From an uncultured Candidatus Binatia bacterium (GTDB taxonomy: Bacteria; Desulfobacterota; Binatia; UBA9968; JAJDTQ01), in assembly GCA_965242525.1 (NCBI GenBank), contig OZ251459.1, positions 1,376,001 through 1,440,000 on the forward strand: a stretch of 64,000 nt of DNA, given 5' to 3'. Positions 9,977 to 18,542 of this stretch are shown here, piece after piece (position 1 is the stretch's first letter; every line of letters starts with the position of its first letter). Position numbers and translations under genes: made by a program. Below the pieces are notes generated by a model. The model was not told the DNA's origin and did not search any database. It worked only from the letters and a program-made list of their open reading frames with translations.

Positions 9977-10209
9977 AGTCGCGCCGCGCCGCCTTTTCCG
10001 GCAGACCCGAGACAGACCGACGCATCGGTCCTTCGCCGAAAACCTGTCTCACGCTGGATGGTACGATCAGGGGCGCTTCAGGAATTCGTATGGGTTGTGA
10101 CACTCCCCACCCACGCGATGAGGTCGCTTCCCTCCCATTCCGACCATGCGTCCTCGGTTTGGCGTCGCAGACACCCCACCCCCGTCATTTCCCGCAGACG
10201 TCCCACCTC

Positions 10210-10487
10210 GTCATTCCCGCGAAAGCGGGAATCCATCCATTCCCATGAAAACTCCCCGTGTTTCCATCCTTCCGACCAAACCCCAGGGCACTCTGCATCA
10301 CTGTCTACCAGTTGGTTGGATACGAGGCCCCTGAATCCATGGGAAGCCCTATCCAGAGAGAAAAGGCAGTCAGAAAATGGCATCGGACAAGGAAGATCGA
10401 GTGGATCGAGAAGGGTTGTCCGAGTTGGAGATGTTTGTACAACGAGAGCGGTGAAACTGGGTGGATTCCCGCTTTCGCGGGAATGAC
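10210..10487. repeat. Inverted pair of REP palindromes GTCATTCCCGCGAAAGCGGGAATCCA
   Basis: One copy at about 10210-10235 and its reverse complement at about 10462-10487, flanking the GIY-YIG relic. Confidence 0.85.
10245..10460 (+). pseudogene. Degenerate GIY-YIG nuclease (REP-associated type)
   Basis: MKTPRVSILPTKPQGTL in one frame, then VYQLVGYEAPESMGSPIQREKAVRKWHRTRKIEWIEKGCPSWRCLY in another; this matches the small GIY-YIG layout (VYILAS..NGTLY...LVWYE...AI.REK.IKKW.R.WKI.LIE..NP.W.DLY) with the centre deleted. Confidence 0.75.
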
Positions 10488-10602
10488 GGGGGGTGGGCGG
10501 CTGCGGGAATGACTGGGCAAGCGTCTGCGGAGCAACGACGGCGTAGTCCCTTTCGCTCCCCTGTCCCTCCTAACTTACCCACACGAATTCCTGAAGAGCC
10601 CC

Positions 10603-11268
10603 TTAAAGCAGGATGGGCGACACGAGCACCTTTTCCCGGAGCCACGTGGACAGGTCTGCGAGGCTGCGGGAGCTGATCTCGTGTCCCATGTCGTACTCGC
10701 GGTAGTCCACCGGCACGTGCAGGTTTTTCAGCAGGGTCACGGAGTGCCTGGCCCGCTCCGGCTCGATCAACTCGTCGCGCGCGCCGTGGTGGACCAGGGT
10801 CTGGAGGGAGTCCACTCCGTCGGCCACGCCGAAGCGTTGCAGCATGTTCTCCCGGAGCCAGGAGCTCAGGATGCACATGCCGGCGAAACGGCCAGGCTCC
10901 GACAAGCCCAGGCTGTAGGCCATGCCGCCGCCCTGGCTGAAGCCCAGCAGCGCCAGGCGGCGGGGGTCGATGGGATAGCGGCGCAGGCACTCGTCGAGCA
11001 ACCGCCGGAGGCTGTCCCGCGACGAAAGGACGGCCGCGGCATCGACTTCCCCGCCCGTGGACATGGGGAACCAGGCGTAACCGGTCATGCCCGGACCCAC
11101 GGGCATCTCCAGGGGACCCTGGGGACAGATGACCCGGAAGGCCCCGTCGGCCAGGTGGGGGGCGAGCCCCAGGAGGTCGAGGGCGTTGGCGCCCCGGCCG
11201 TGGAGCGCGAGGACCGTGGGATGGGGTTCCTCGCCCGGAGGCTCGTACACGCAGTGAAGCAGTTCCAT
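10603..11268 (-). CDS. Phospholipase/carboxylesterase (alpha/beta hydrolase)
   Basis: LHGRG, GFSQGG nucleophile motif, HGARD, MGHEI. Confidence 0.9.
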   Translation of the reverse strand: MELLHCVYEPPGEEPHPTVLALHGRGANALDLLGLAPHLADGAFRVICPQGPLEMPVGPGMTGYAWFPMSTGGEVDAAAVLSSRDSLRRLLDECLRRYPIDPRRLALLGFSQGGGMAYSLGLSEPGRFAGMCILSSWLRENMLQRFGVADGVDSLQTLVHHGARDELIEPERARHSVTLLKNLHVPVDYREYDMGHEISSRSLADLSTWLREKVLVSPILL

Positions 11269-11270
11269 GC

Positions 11271-12218
11271 TCAGTCCAGCACCGCCCGGAGGTCCCGGAC
11301 GTAGTCCTCGAACCCGGCGTCCATGGTGTACTCGGGCTCCCAACCCAGGTGCTCCCTGGCCCTGGATATGTCCAGCGGCACGCTGACCGCGGTCTCCGGG
11401 GGTTTCCCGGGAAGGACTTCCACTTCCAGGTGGGGGAACTGCCGCTCGGCCGCGGCCACCAGTCCGTCGAAGGTCGTGACCTGGCCGACCCCGATGTTGA
11501 ATATGCCCTTGTCGGGCATGGGCACGGTGGCCGCCAAGTCCACGGCGCGGCCCACGTCCTTGGCATAGACGTACTCGAAGTCCATGGTCTGGGCCTGGGG
11601 AATCCTCGCCATCTCGCCCCGGATCCCGGCTTCCAGCAGCGTCTGCACCTTCTCGCCGCCGCCGGAGCCGCCCCAGAAGTGCCCGAGCCCGTAGGCGTTG
11701 GCCAACCGCAGCACCAGGAGCTCGAAGCCGTAGAGCCGCTGGTACGCCTCCGCCATCAACTCCTTGGTGGCCTTGGAGTTGCCGTAACCCGACCCCGGTC
11801 CCCGGGGCGTGTCTTCGTGGATGGGCTGGTCGGTGAAGCGCCGCCGGTCGTAGGCGCCGAAGGTGCTGATCAGGACGAACCGCTTTACCCCGGTGAGGCG
11901 CGCGGCCTCCAGGACGTTGATGGTGCCCATGACGTTGATCTGGAGACCGTTGTGGAGCGACTCCACCACCCGCGGCCCGATCAGCCCCGCGGTGTGCACC
12001 ACGGTTTCCGGCCGGTAGCGCTGCATGGCCTCGGTCAGCGCCGGCAGGTCCCGGATGTCCTTCTGCACCACCTCCACGTCCACCGTCCCCAGCTTCCGGT
12101 GCAGGTACTCGGTGCGCGGCATGAAGTCGTAGAAGACCAGCTTCTCGTTGCGTTTCAGGGCAACCTGGGCAAACGATGTGCCCACGAGCCCTACTCCGGT
12201 GACAAGTGTCGTCGCCAT
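11271..12218 (-). CDS. NAD-dependent epimerase/dehydratase
   Basis: VTGVGLVG Rossmann motif, YGNSK catalytic motif, HLGWEPEY. Confidence 0.9.
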   Translation of the reverse strand: MATTLVTGVGLVGTSFAQVALKRNEKLVFYDFMPRTEYLHRKLGTVDVEVVQKDIRDLPALTEAMQRYRPETVVHTAGLIGPRVVESLHNGLQINVMGTINVLEAARLTGVKRFVLISTFGAYDRRRFTDQPIHEDTPRGPGSGYGNSKATKELMAEAYQRLYGFELLVLRLANAYGLGHFWGGSGGGEKVQTLLEAGIRGEMARIPQAQTMDFEYVYAKDVGRAVDLAATVPMPDKGIFNIGVGQVTTFDGLVAAAERQFPHLEVEVLPGKPPETAVSVPLDISRAREHLGWEPEYTMDAGFEDYVRDLRAVLD

Positions 12219-12238
12219 GATCGACTGACTCCTCTGCA

Positions 12239-12342
12239 GGAACCTCTGATCGATTCCGGCTCGAACTCCCTCTTCCTGTGGAAAGCGCGTCCTTCGACTT
12301 CGCTTCGCTCAGGACGAACGGGGACGATTGTCCAGGGTTTCG
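12239..12342 (+). mobile_element. MITE-A copy
   Basis: GGAACCTCTGATCGAT...REP-like core...GATTGTCCAGGGTTTC. Confidence 0.75.
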
Positions 12343-12466
12343 TATGGATTACCCGTGCGCAGCGCGCCCGTTCCCGCATTTATACCGTGGACCGGCGCCT
12401 CATCCCCAAGCCCCACCTGCGCACAGGACCCATCGCCCGGAGACAGCCGCGGCGTAGGCGTCGACG

Positions 12467-12634
12467 TCAGGCGCCATGAACCGTTACCGCTTCCAGGGTT
12501 GCCAGCAGCATTTCGAATTGTCCCATCACGAACAGGAACAGGAGGAGTAGCAGGATAAGCGTCAGGTTGGCCAGTATCTCCGCTGGCAACTCGGCGGCGT
12601 CCCATTGCTCCCGAATCGTCTCCAACAACGTCAT
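12467..12634 (-). CDS. Small single-pass membrane protein (55 aa)
   Basis: GGAGG RBS then MTLLETIREQW...LTLILLLLLFLFVMG hydrophobic helix. Confidence 0.45.
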   Translation of the reverse strand: MTLLETIREQWDAAELPAEILANLTLILLLLLFLFVMGQFEMLLATLEAVTVHGA

Positions 12635-12770
12635 GGCTTGCCTCCCTGGATCAACCGCTGGCGCCGGCGCCACTCGGTCCGGCCCTTGACCTTCTCGTTC
12701 TCGGCGCCCGTCTTCTTGAAGTGACAGGCGCGGCAGAGGGTTTGCAGGTTCGCCCCAGGCCCCACCCCGC
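12631..12770 (-). pseudogene. HNH endonuclease C-terminal remnant
   Basis: Manual translation ANLQTLCRACHFKKTGAENEKVKGRTEWRRRQRLIQGGKP*; NLQ.LC..CH..KT is the HNH C-terminal signature. Confidence 0.5.
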
Positions 12771-12949
12771 ACAAACTCCATCCATAACGAACTTGGGTTC
12801 CATGGGCAACCGGACTGCCTGCCCCTTCCCCCGTTCGGCCACGGACCTTCGGTCCTCCCCTTGCACGCGGACGCCTGCGCTCCCGGGCCGGGAAACGGGA
12901 CGGAAGCGGGGACCGACGTCCGTTGGCGAGACCCGGAAGCCCCGGCGCC

Positions 12950-14029
12950 CTACCCCTTCAACCGCGGCATCACGCTGTCCGCGATCATGTTGATGGCCTC
13001 CTCGTAGTCCGGACCGAGTTTGGCGAAGGCGATCTCGTCATAACCCATGGCGCCGGCCTGTTCCGCCAACTCCACGATCTGGTCGGCCACCTCCGCGGGA
13101 CGCCCGGCCACGTAATAGGCCAGGACCATCTCCTCGGTCACCATCTCGGCGGCCTCCTCGATGGTGGCGCCCCGGGCGAAAGCCTCCTTCAAGTCGAACA
13201 CCTTCTGCCGGTCCACCCCCAGCCGGGCGTACTCCTCCGGAGTGAACCCCAACGCCTCCCACTGGAGGATCGAATGGGACACTTGGCGCTTGGGGAACTC
13301 GATGGCCGCGGCCCGGTCCCGTGACACGGACACGTTGAGCTCGACCATCTTTCGCAGGGTCTTGTTGGGGTCCACGCTCCGGGCGCCCGCCTCGGCCGCC
13401 TCGTGCATCTCCTGCAACCGGCCCGCCCGAAGCATGGGGATGAACGTCCCGGAACTGATGAGTCCGTCCATCACCGCGCCGCCCATGCGCAGGGACTGGG
13501 GACCGTTGCCCCCGGAATAGATCACCACCGGAGACCTCGGCCGGAACGCCAACTCGAAACCGCCATCGGGGTTCAGGTGGAAGTAGCCGCACAGGACCGG
13601 GAAGTCCCGGTAGGCCACGCGCTCCCCCGCAAGCGCCCGGGACGCGAACACGGCCATCTCCCGCACCAGTCCGATGGGCTTGCGCACCTCCACGTGCTGC
13701 GGCGTCTGGGCCAGGTCGCCGCGCGCCAGTCCGAAACCCACTTCCCTTCCCTGGGACAGCTCGGACAAGGTGGCGAGGGAGTCCACCACCTCGATGGGAT
13801 GGTGCAGGTACGGCACCAGGATGGCTGTGCCGATACCGATGGGCACGCGCGCCGCGATGGCGGAGAGCACCACCACCTGGCTCCGGTACCGGGCGTTGTC
13901 GTTGACCCAGATCCTCTCGAACCCCCGCCTGTGGGCCAACTCGGCCAACTCCACGAGCCGGTTCGCCGTATAATGGTTCGCCAAGTGGGCCACGAACTGG
14001 AGCCCGAGCATACCCTTGAATGCAGTCAT
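12950..14029 (-). CDS. LLM-class flavin/F420-dependent oxidoreductase
   Basis: AELAHRRGFERIWVND, IGIGTAILVPY, SQGREVGFGLARG, GGNGPQSL. Confidence 0.85.
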   Translation of the reverse strand: MTAFKGMLGLQFVAHLANHYTANRLVELAELAHRRGFERIWVNDNARYRSQVVVLSAIAARVPIGIGTAILVPYLHHPIEVVDSLATLSELSQGREVGFGLARGDLAQTPQHVEVRKPIGLVREMAVFASRALAGERVAYRDFPVLCGYFHLNPDGGFELAFRPRSPVVIYSGGNGPQSLRMGGAVMDGLISSGTFIPMLRAGRLQEMHEAAEAGARSVDPNKTLRKMVELNVSVSRDRAAAIEFPKRQVSHSILQWEALGFTPEEYARLGVDRQKVFDLKEAFARGATIEEAAEMVTEEMVLAYYVAGRPAEVADQIVELAEQAGAMGYDEIAFAKLGPDYEEAINMIADSVMPRLKG

Positions 14030-14177
14030 AACCGTCCCTTCCTTGCAGAGGCGTTACATGGCCCGATTGCATGGATCCCATTGTGGTGCCTGTCCACCGC
14101 CGACGTCAACCGTCACCCGGGATCCCGCAACGGCCCCCGGGGGACGAAGCTTGGACCCACCGCCCGTTTCGTAGTAG

Positions 14178-14319
14178 GGAAACCTCAAGGCAACCCTGTT
14201 CAAGGCCAAGCAGTCAGAGCGCGTCCTTCGACTTCGCTTCGCTACGCTCAGGACGAACGGGGATAGGAGGGATAGGGTGAGGAAGTCTCCCATCCATGAC
14301 TCGATTGTTCAAGGTTTCC
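14178..14319 (+). mobile_element. MITE-A copy
   Basis: GGAAACCTCAAGGCAA...core...CGATTGTTCAAGGTTTCC. Confidence 0.7.
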
Positions 14320-14339
14320 CCTGACCCGTTCCGTAGCAG

Positions 14340-14564
14340 GGAAACCCTGAACTATTACCCTGTAACAGTGACCAAGTCACTGACGTGGAACATCTTATCA
14401 TGCACGGGAAACATGTCTCGCGCTGTATCCCTGCTGACAGAGTGACTGTTACAGGGTACTATTTATCCCGTTCGTCCTGAGCGTAGCGAAGCGAAGTCGA
14501 AGGACGCGCTTTCCCATAGTCCCATCGGGAGAGGAATCTCAAGCCGGAATGGACCAGAAGCACC
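14340..14564 (-). mobile_element. MITE-A copy (inverted) interrupted by MITE-B
   Basis: GGAAACCCTGAACTAT end; reverse core CCGTTCGTCCTGAGCGTAGCGAAGCGAAGTCGAAGGACGCGC at about 14468-14509. Confidence 0.7.
14356..14458. mobile_element. MITE-B (103 bp)
   Basis: Perfect 14-bp TIR TACCCTGTAACAGT / ACTGTTACAGGGTA, flanked by CTAT direct repeats; second copy at 22930-23032. Confidence 0.8.
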
Positions 14565-14634
14565 GTGGATTAGCACCGCGCTCCACCGACCGCCGGAAGG
14601 GGGGCGCCGTGCGGACCCCCGCGGACGAGGAACC

Positions 14635-15447
14635 GTGACCCCTACCCTGACCCTCGCAGTGCTCGGCATATTGCAGGGACTCACCGAGTTCCTGCCCGTG
14701 AGCAGCTCGGGCCACTTGGTGCTGCTCCAGTCCGTGCTTCCGGGTTTCCGGGAGCCGGGCGTGCTGTTCCACGTCACCGTGCACCTAGCGACCCTGGGCG
14801 CCGTGCTCCTCTACTTCCGTCGGGACGTGGCGGCGCTGGCCGTCGCCGCGGTCATGCCCGGCCGGGCGGACCCATCGACCATCCGCCTGCTCCGGCTCGT
14901 GGTCATCGGCACCGTGCCCACCGCCCTCATGGGCCTCGTCTTCGCGGAAGCGCTCGAAAGCCTGTTCTCCAGCGTCTCCACCGCGGCGGGCATGCTGCTG
15001 GTGACCGGAGTCCTGCTCTTCGCCACCGACCGCGCCCCGGAGCGGACCCGCGGGGTCGAGGGCATGGGCGTGGGCCACGCCCTCGTCATCGGCATGGTCC
15101 AGGGCATGGCCATCGTCCCGGGCATCTCCCGCTCGGGGGCCACGGTGGCCGCGGGGGTCTTCTCGGGGCTCGGGCGCGACTTGGCGCTGCGCTATTCGTT
15201 CCTGCTCTCGGTCCCCGCCATACTCGGGGCGTTCGCTCTCCAGCTCCTGACCCACGGCCTCGACGGAGCACGGGAAGTCAACCTCCCGGGCTACGGGTTG
15301 GCCTTCCTGGCCGCGTTCGCGGCCGGCTACGCCAGCATCAACGTGCTGTGGAAGGTGTTGCTGGCGCGCAGGCTCACCTGGTTCGCCTGCTATTGCTGGT
15401 GCGTGGGCCTGGCCGTGTTGCTCGCCCGGTTCCTGCCCCTCGAATAG
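14635..15447 (+). CDS. uppP: Undecaprenyl-diphosphate phosphatase
   Basis: GILQGLTEFLPVSSSGHL and PGISRSGAT signature motifs. Confidence 0.96.
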   Translation: MTPTLTLAVLGILQGLTEFLPVSSSGHLVLLQSVLPGFREPGVLFHVTVHLATLGAVLLYFRRDVAALAVAAVMPGRADPSTIRLLRLVVIGTVPTALMGLVFAEALESLFSSVSTAAGMLLVTGVLLFATDRAPERTRGVEGMGVGHALVIGMVQGMAIVPGISRSGATVAAGVFSGLGRDLALRYSFLLSVPAILGAFALQLLTHGLDGAREVNLPGYGLAFLAAFAAGYASINVLWKVLLARRLTWFACYCWCVGLAVLLARFLPLE

Positions 15448-15478
15448 CGTTCCGCCCTTCGGTCACTCCTCGTCGAAA

Positions 15479-15661
15479 GGAGACCCTGAACAACCGGGCA
15501 GGGGGCATGAGCGCGTCCTTCGACTCCGCTTCGCTACGCTCAGGATGAACGGAGGTCTCCGCTTCGCTACGCTCAGGACGAACGGAGATGAGGACGAACC
15601 GGAGGCAGGAGGGTCAGCGTGAGGGGATCCATCCGCCATGTCTCGATTGTCCAGACGTTCC
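15479..15661 (+). mobile_element. MITE-A copy with internally duplicated core
   Basis: GGAGACCCTGAACAAC...GATTGTCCAGACGTTCC; GAAA 4-bp direct repeats on both sides; core partly tandem-duplicated. Confidence 0.8.
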
Positions 15662-15803
15662 GAAAGAGTGTCATCGAGACAAGCGCGTCAGCCACGGTCG
15701 CGTCGCCGGAGGGTGTCTGACGCTTCGCACCCCCGTTCCATGCGTCTCCGTTGGAGAGGCGTGACGCCGGGCGCGCCCGGGTAGAACACTGCGCCGCGCC
15801 TCC

Positions 15804-16682
15804 TCATGGGTCCAGGCGGCCGGCCTGCTCCAGGAAGGGCGCGAGCCGGCGGACCGCGGCCACGCCGCTGCCGGTGGCCGCCTCCATCACCCGCAACACG
15901 ATGCGCCGCATGCCCGCGGCGCGGTAGCGGCTCATATCATCCAGCGCGGGAAAGCCGTCATCGGGGGTCAGGACCACCGAGAACTCGATGGCGTCGGGGT
16001 CGCGGCCGCGCTCCCTGGCGGCGCGCCGCACGCTGGCCACCGCGTCCGCGGCCTGTTCCACCGGCAGGTCTCCCGGACACCAGCCGTCCGCGTACCGGGC
16101 CACCCGCGCGGGGGCGTAGCGGGGGTCGTGGACCCCCAGGTAGATGGGAGGATGGGGTTTCTGCAGGGGCTTGGGAAACACGCGCACGGGCGGGAAGCGG
16201 ACGAACTCCCCGTCGTGGGAGGCTTCGTCCCGGGTCCACAGGGCCTTCAGGGCCTCGACCCCCTCGCGCAGCGCCTGCCACCGACGCTGGAACCGGACCC
16301 CCATGATCTCCGCTTCTTCCGGGAACCAGCCCGCGCCCACCCCCATGATGAAACGCCCGCGGCTCTGGAGGTCGAGGGTCGCGGCCGCCTTGGCCGTGGC
16401 GATGACGTCGCGCTGGGGCAGGATGCAGATTCCGGTGGCCACCCGCAGCCGCTCCGTGGCCTGGGCCGCCATGGCCGCGGCGATGAAGGGGTCCGGCAGG
16501 TGCGCGAAGGACTCGGGGACGCTGCCGTCCGCGGTGCGCTTGTAGCGAGTCCGGTAATGCACCGGTATCAGCATGTGCTCCGGAAACCAGAGGGACTCGA
16601 AACCCAGGGTCTCGGCTTCCCTGGCGATGTCGCCCACGGCGCCCGACTGCTCCGTCGAAAACAGCGATAGACCCAGCTCCAT
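15804..16682 (-). CDS. LLM-class F420-dependent oxidoreductase (Rv2161c-like)
   Basis: AETLGFESLWFPEH, LPDPF, TERLRVATGICILPQR, GVGAGW, PKPLQKPHPPI. Confidence 0.9.
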   Translation of the reverse strand: MELGLSLFSTEQSGAVGDIAREAETLGFESLWFPEHMLIPVHYRTRYKRTADGSVPESFAHLPDPFIAAAMAAQATERLRVATGICILPQRDVIATAKAAATLDLQSRGRFIMGVGAGWFPEEAEIMGVRFQRRWQALREGVEALKALWTRDEASHDGEFVRFPPVRVFPKPLQKPHPPIYLGVHDPRYAPARVARYADGWCPGDLPVEQAADAVASVRRAARERGRDPDAIEFSVVLTPDDGFPALDDMSRYRAAGMRRIVLRVMEAATGSGVAAVRRLAPFLEQAGRLDP

Positions 16683-16984
16683 GACACCCTCCCCACGCAA
16701 ATCCACCACCCAATAAGGGAAAATCTCGTTGGCACCCGAGGTGGAGCGAGCCAGGATGGAGTTGCAAGGGGAAAGAACCATCCCCAACGAGGTGCAAGTA
16801 TTATGAGGCAAGGGTTGTCGGGAATCCAGTACCGGGAAGAGCGAAGGCGGACGGGGACGAGGGGATTGGCGGGATTGGGGATGTATATGGAGATAGCAGA
16901 GGGGATGGGGTTGCGGGGGATGGTGGATTTGGGGATTGATGCAGGCGGGACGCCGTGGTATCTTCGTCGCTTTCTCGACCAGGT

Positions 16985-17013
16985 GCGTCCTTCGACTTCG
17001 CTCGGGACGGACG
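16985..17013 (+). repeat. Degenerate solo REP-like core
   Basis: GCGTCCTTCGACTTCGCTCGGGACGGACG. Confidence 0.55.
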
Positions 17014-17076
17014 GAGATGGTCGTTCAGCCCTGACTCTGCCCGGAACCCACCGGGTGTCCCGGAAGACCCCGCGCG

Positions 17077-18273
17077 ATGGATTACATTGATTCCCCCCCT
17101 CCCGGTAGCCGGTTCCGCCGTGCACTCTGCCTCATTAGATGGAATGCGCTCATCATCGTCGCGGGGGTCGCGCTGGTGGGGTTGGCCGGAGAAGTCTGGT
17201 TCCGCCTGACCGTGCCGCCCATGAAATCGAGCCGCCCCCTGGAGTTCGTCCCGAACGTGGGCTATCTCAGACCGCCGAACACGGAGATACTCCATACCAA
17301 CAACCTCGACTACTGGAACGCCTCCCGCACCAACAGCCTGGGCTTCCTCGACCGGGAACCCCCGAGCCCCGAACGCGCCGCAGCAACCTGCCATATATCC
17401 ATCATCGGCGACTCCTTCGTGGAGGCGACGGAGGTCCCCATCGACCGCAAGCTCCAGGTTCGCCTCGAAGAACTCGCCGCCAGCCGGTTGCCCCGCCTGG
17501 ACGTCACGACCTCGGCCTTCGGGTTGAGAAATACCGGCCAGATCCAGCAACTGCCGTTCTACGACGAATATGCCCGACGCCTCCACCCCAAACTGCTCGT
17601 GCTGGTCTTCGTCGACAATGATTTCATGGACAACACACCGGCTCTGAAGGCACTGAGAGGACGTCCCTTGGAGCCCATCGTGAGAAAACGCTCAGACGGG
17701 GAGTTCCAAGTGGCATACCCCCCCCCCCCCCCCCCCCAAGACCGGCTTCCAGTGGGTTCCTTGCCCCGGACCTCGTGGACCGCCCGCGCCGGAAAGGATG
17801 CCATTGCCCATTCAAGGTTTGCCGTCTGGTTGTACCGCAAGATCAACACCTCCATCCACGTTGTCGAGAAGCCGAGGCAGCAGCCCGGCCGCCGTGCCGC
17901 GCTGCGCCAAGCCGCCATGTCCAAAGGATGGTTCGAGGACGCCCTGCCATATACCCGCTTCGCGCTGGAGCAGTTCAAGCAGCGCGCCGACCGCGACGGC
18001 GTCAAACTGGTCATCCTGGCGATACACAGACTGAAGCTCCCCGGACTGAAACTCCCCGGAAAACACCGGATGTTCGAGCGATTGAGCCAAATGGCCGCTA
18101 CCCTCCATATTCCCGTCATCGACCAGGCCGACTACATCCTGCGCCAAGGCGCCAAACTCACGGACGCTCACTGGCCCCACGACGGCCACTGGAACCCCAC
18201 CGGCCACCAATGGGCCGCAGAGGCCCTGCTCGAATACATCGAGCAACGCCCGGAAGTCTGCGACGGGAGTTGA
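17077..18273 (+). CDS. Membrane-anchored SGNH/GDSL hydrolase-like (AlgJ/AlgX-type) protein
   Basis: N-terminal TM helix, TNSLGFLD, IIGDSF (block I), DNDF, DGHWNPTGH (DxH); contains a C20 tract. Confidence 0.75.
   Translation: MDYIDSPPPGSRFRRALCLIRWNALIIVAGVALVGLAGEVWFRLTVPPMKSSRPLEFVPNVGYLRPPNTEILHTNNLDYWNASRTNSLGFLDREPPSPERAAATCHISIIGDSFVEATEVPIDRKLQVRLEELAASRLPRLDVTTSAFGLRNTGQIQQLPFYDEYARRLHPKLLVLVFVDNDFMDNTPALKALRGRPLEPIVRKRSDGEFQVAYPPPPPPQDRLPVGSLPRTSWTARAGKDAIAHSRFAVWLYRKINTSIHVVEKPRQQPGRRAALRQAAMSKGWFEDALPYTRFALEQFKQRADRDGVKLVILAIHRLKLPGLKLPGKHRMFERLSQMAATLHIPVIDQADYILRQGAKLTDAHWPHDGHWNPTGHQWAAEALLEYIEQRPEVCDGS
17718..17737 (+). repeat. Poly-C homopolymer (20 nt) inside a CDS
   Basis: TA-C20-AAG, currently in frame (YPPPPPPQ). 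Confidence 0.9.
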
Positions 18274-18390
18274 GGAAGCGGTGTACCGGTTGATGGCGTC
18301 CGCGCCCACGCCGGCCGTTGTCTTCCCGCGGCGTTCCCGCTATACGCTAATGGCCTGCAAGGAACGCAACATCGCACTCGACCTCGTTAC

Positions 18391-18523
18391 GGAACCCTGA
18401 ACGATCGAGACATCCAGGATGGATTCCCTCGCCTTGACACTCCTGTTCCCGTTCGTACCGAGCGTAGCGAAGCGGAGTCGAAGGACGCCTCGCGCCTCCC
18501 TGTCCCGATTGTCCAGGGGTTCC
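18391..18523 (-). mobile_element. MITE-A copy (inverted)
   Basis: GGAACCCTGAACGATCGAGACA...TGTCCCGATTGTCCAGGGGTTCC with reverse core. Confidence 0.8.
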
Positions 18524-18542
18524 TTCCGCCGCGGAGAATAAC

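Larger units (their letters stand above)
10070..10602. mobile_element. TIR-bounded non-autonomous element enclosing a REP pair and a GIY-YIG relic
   Basis: Left end GGGGCGCTTCAGGAATTCGTATGGGT and right end ACCCACACGAATTCCTGAAGAGCCCC form a 26-bp inverted repeat with 2 mismatches. Confidence 0.65.
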
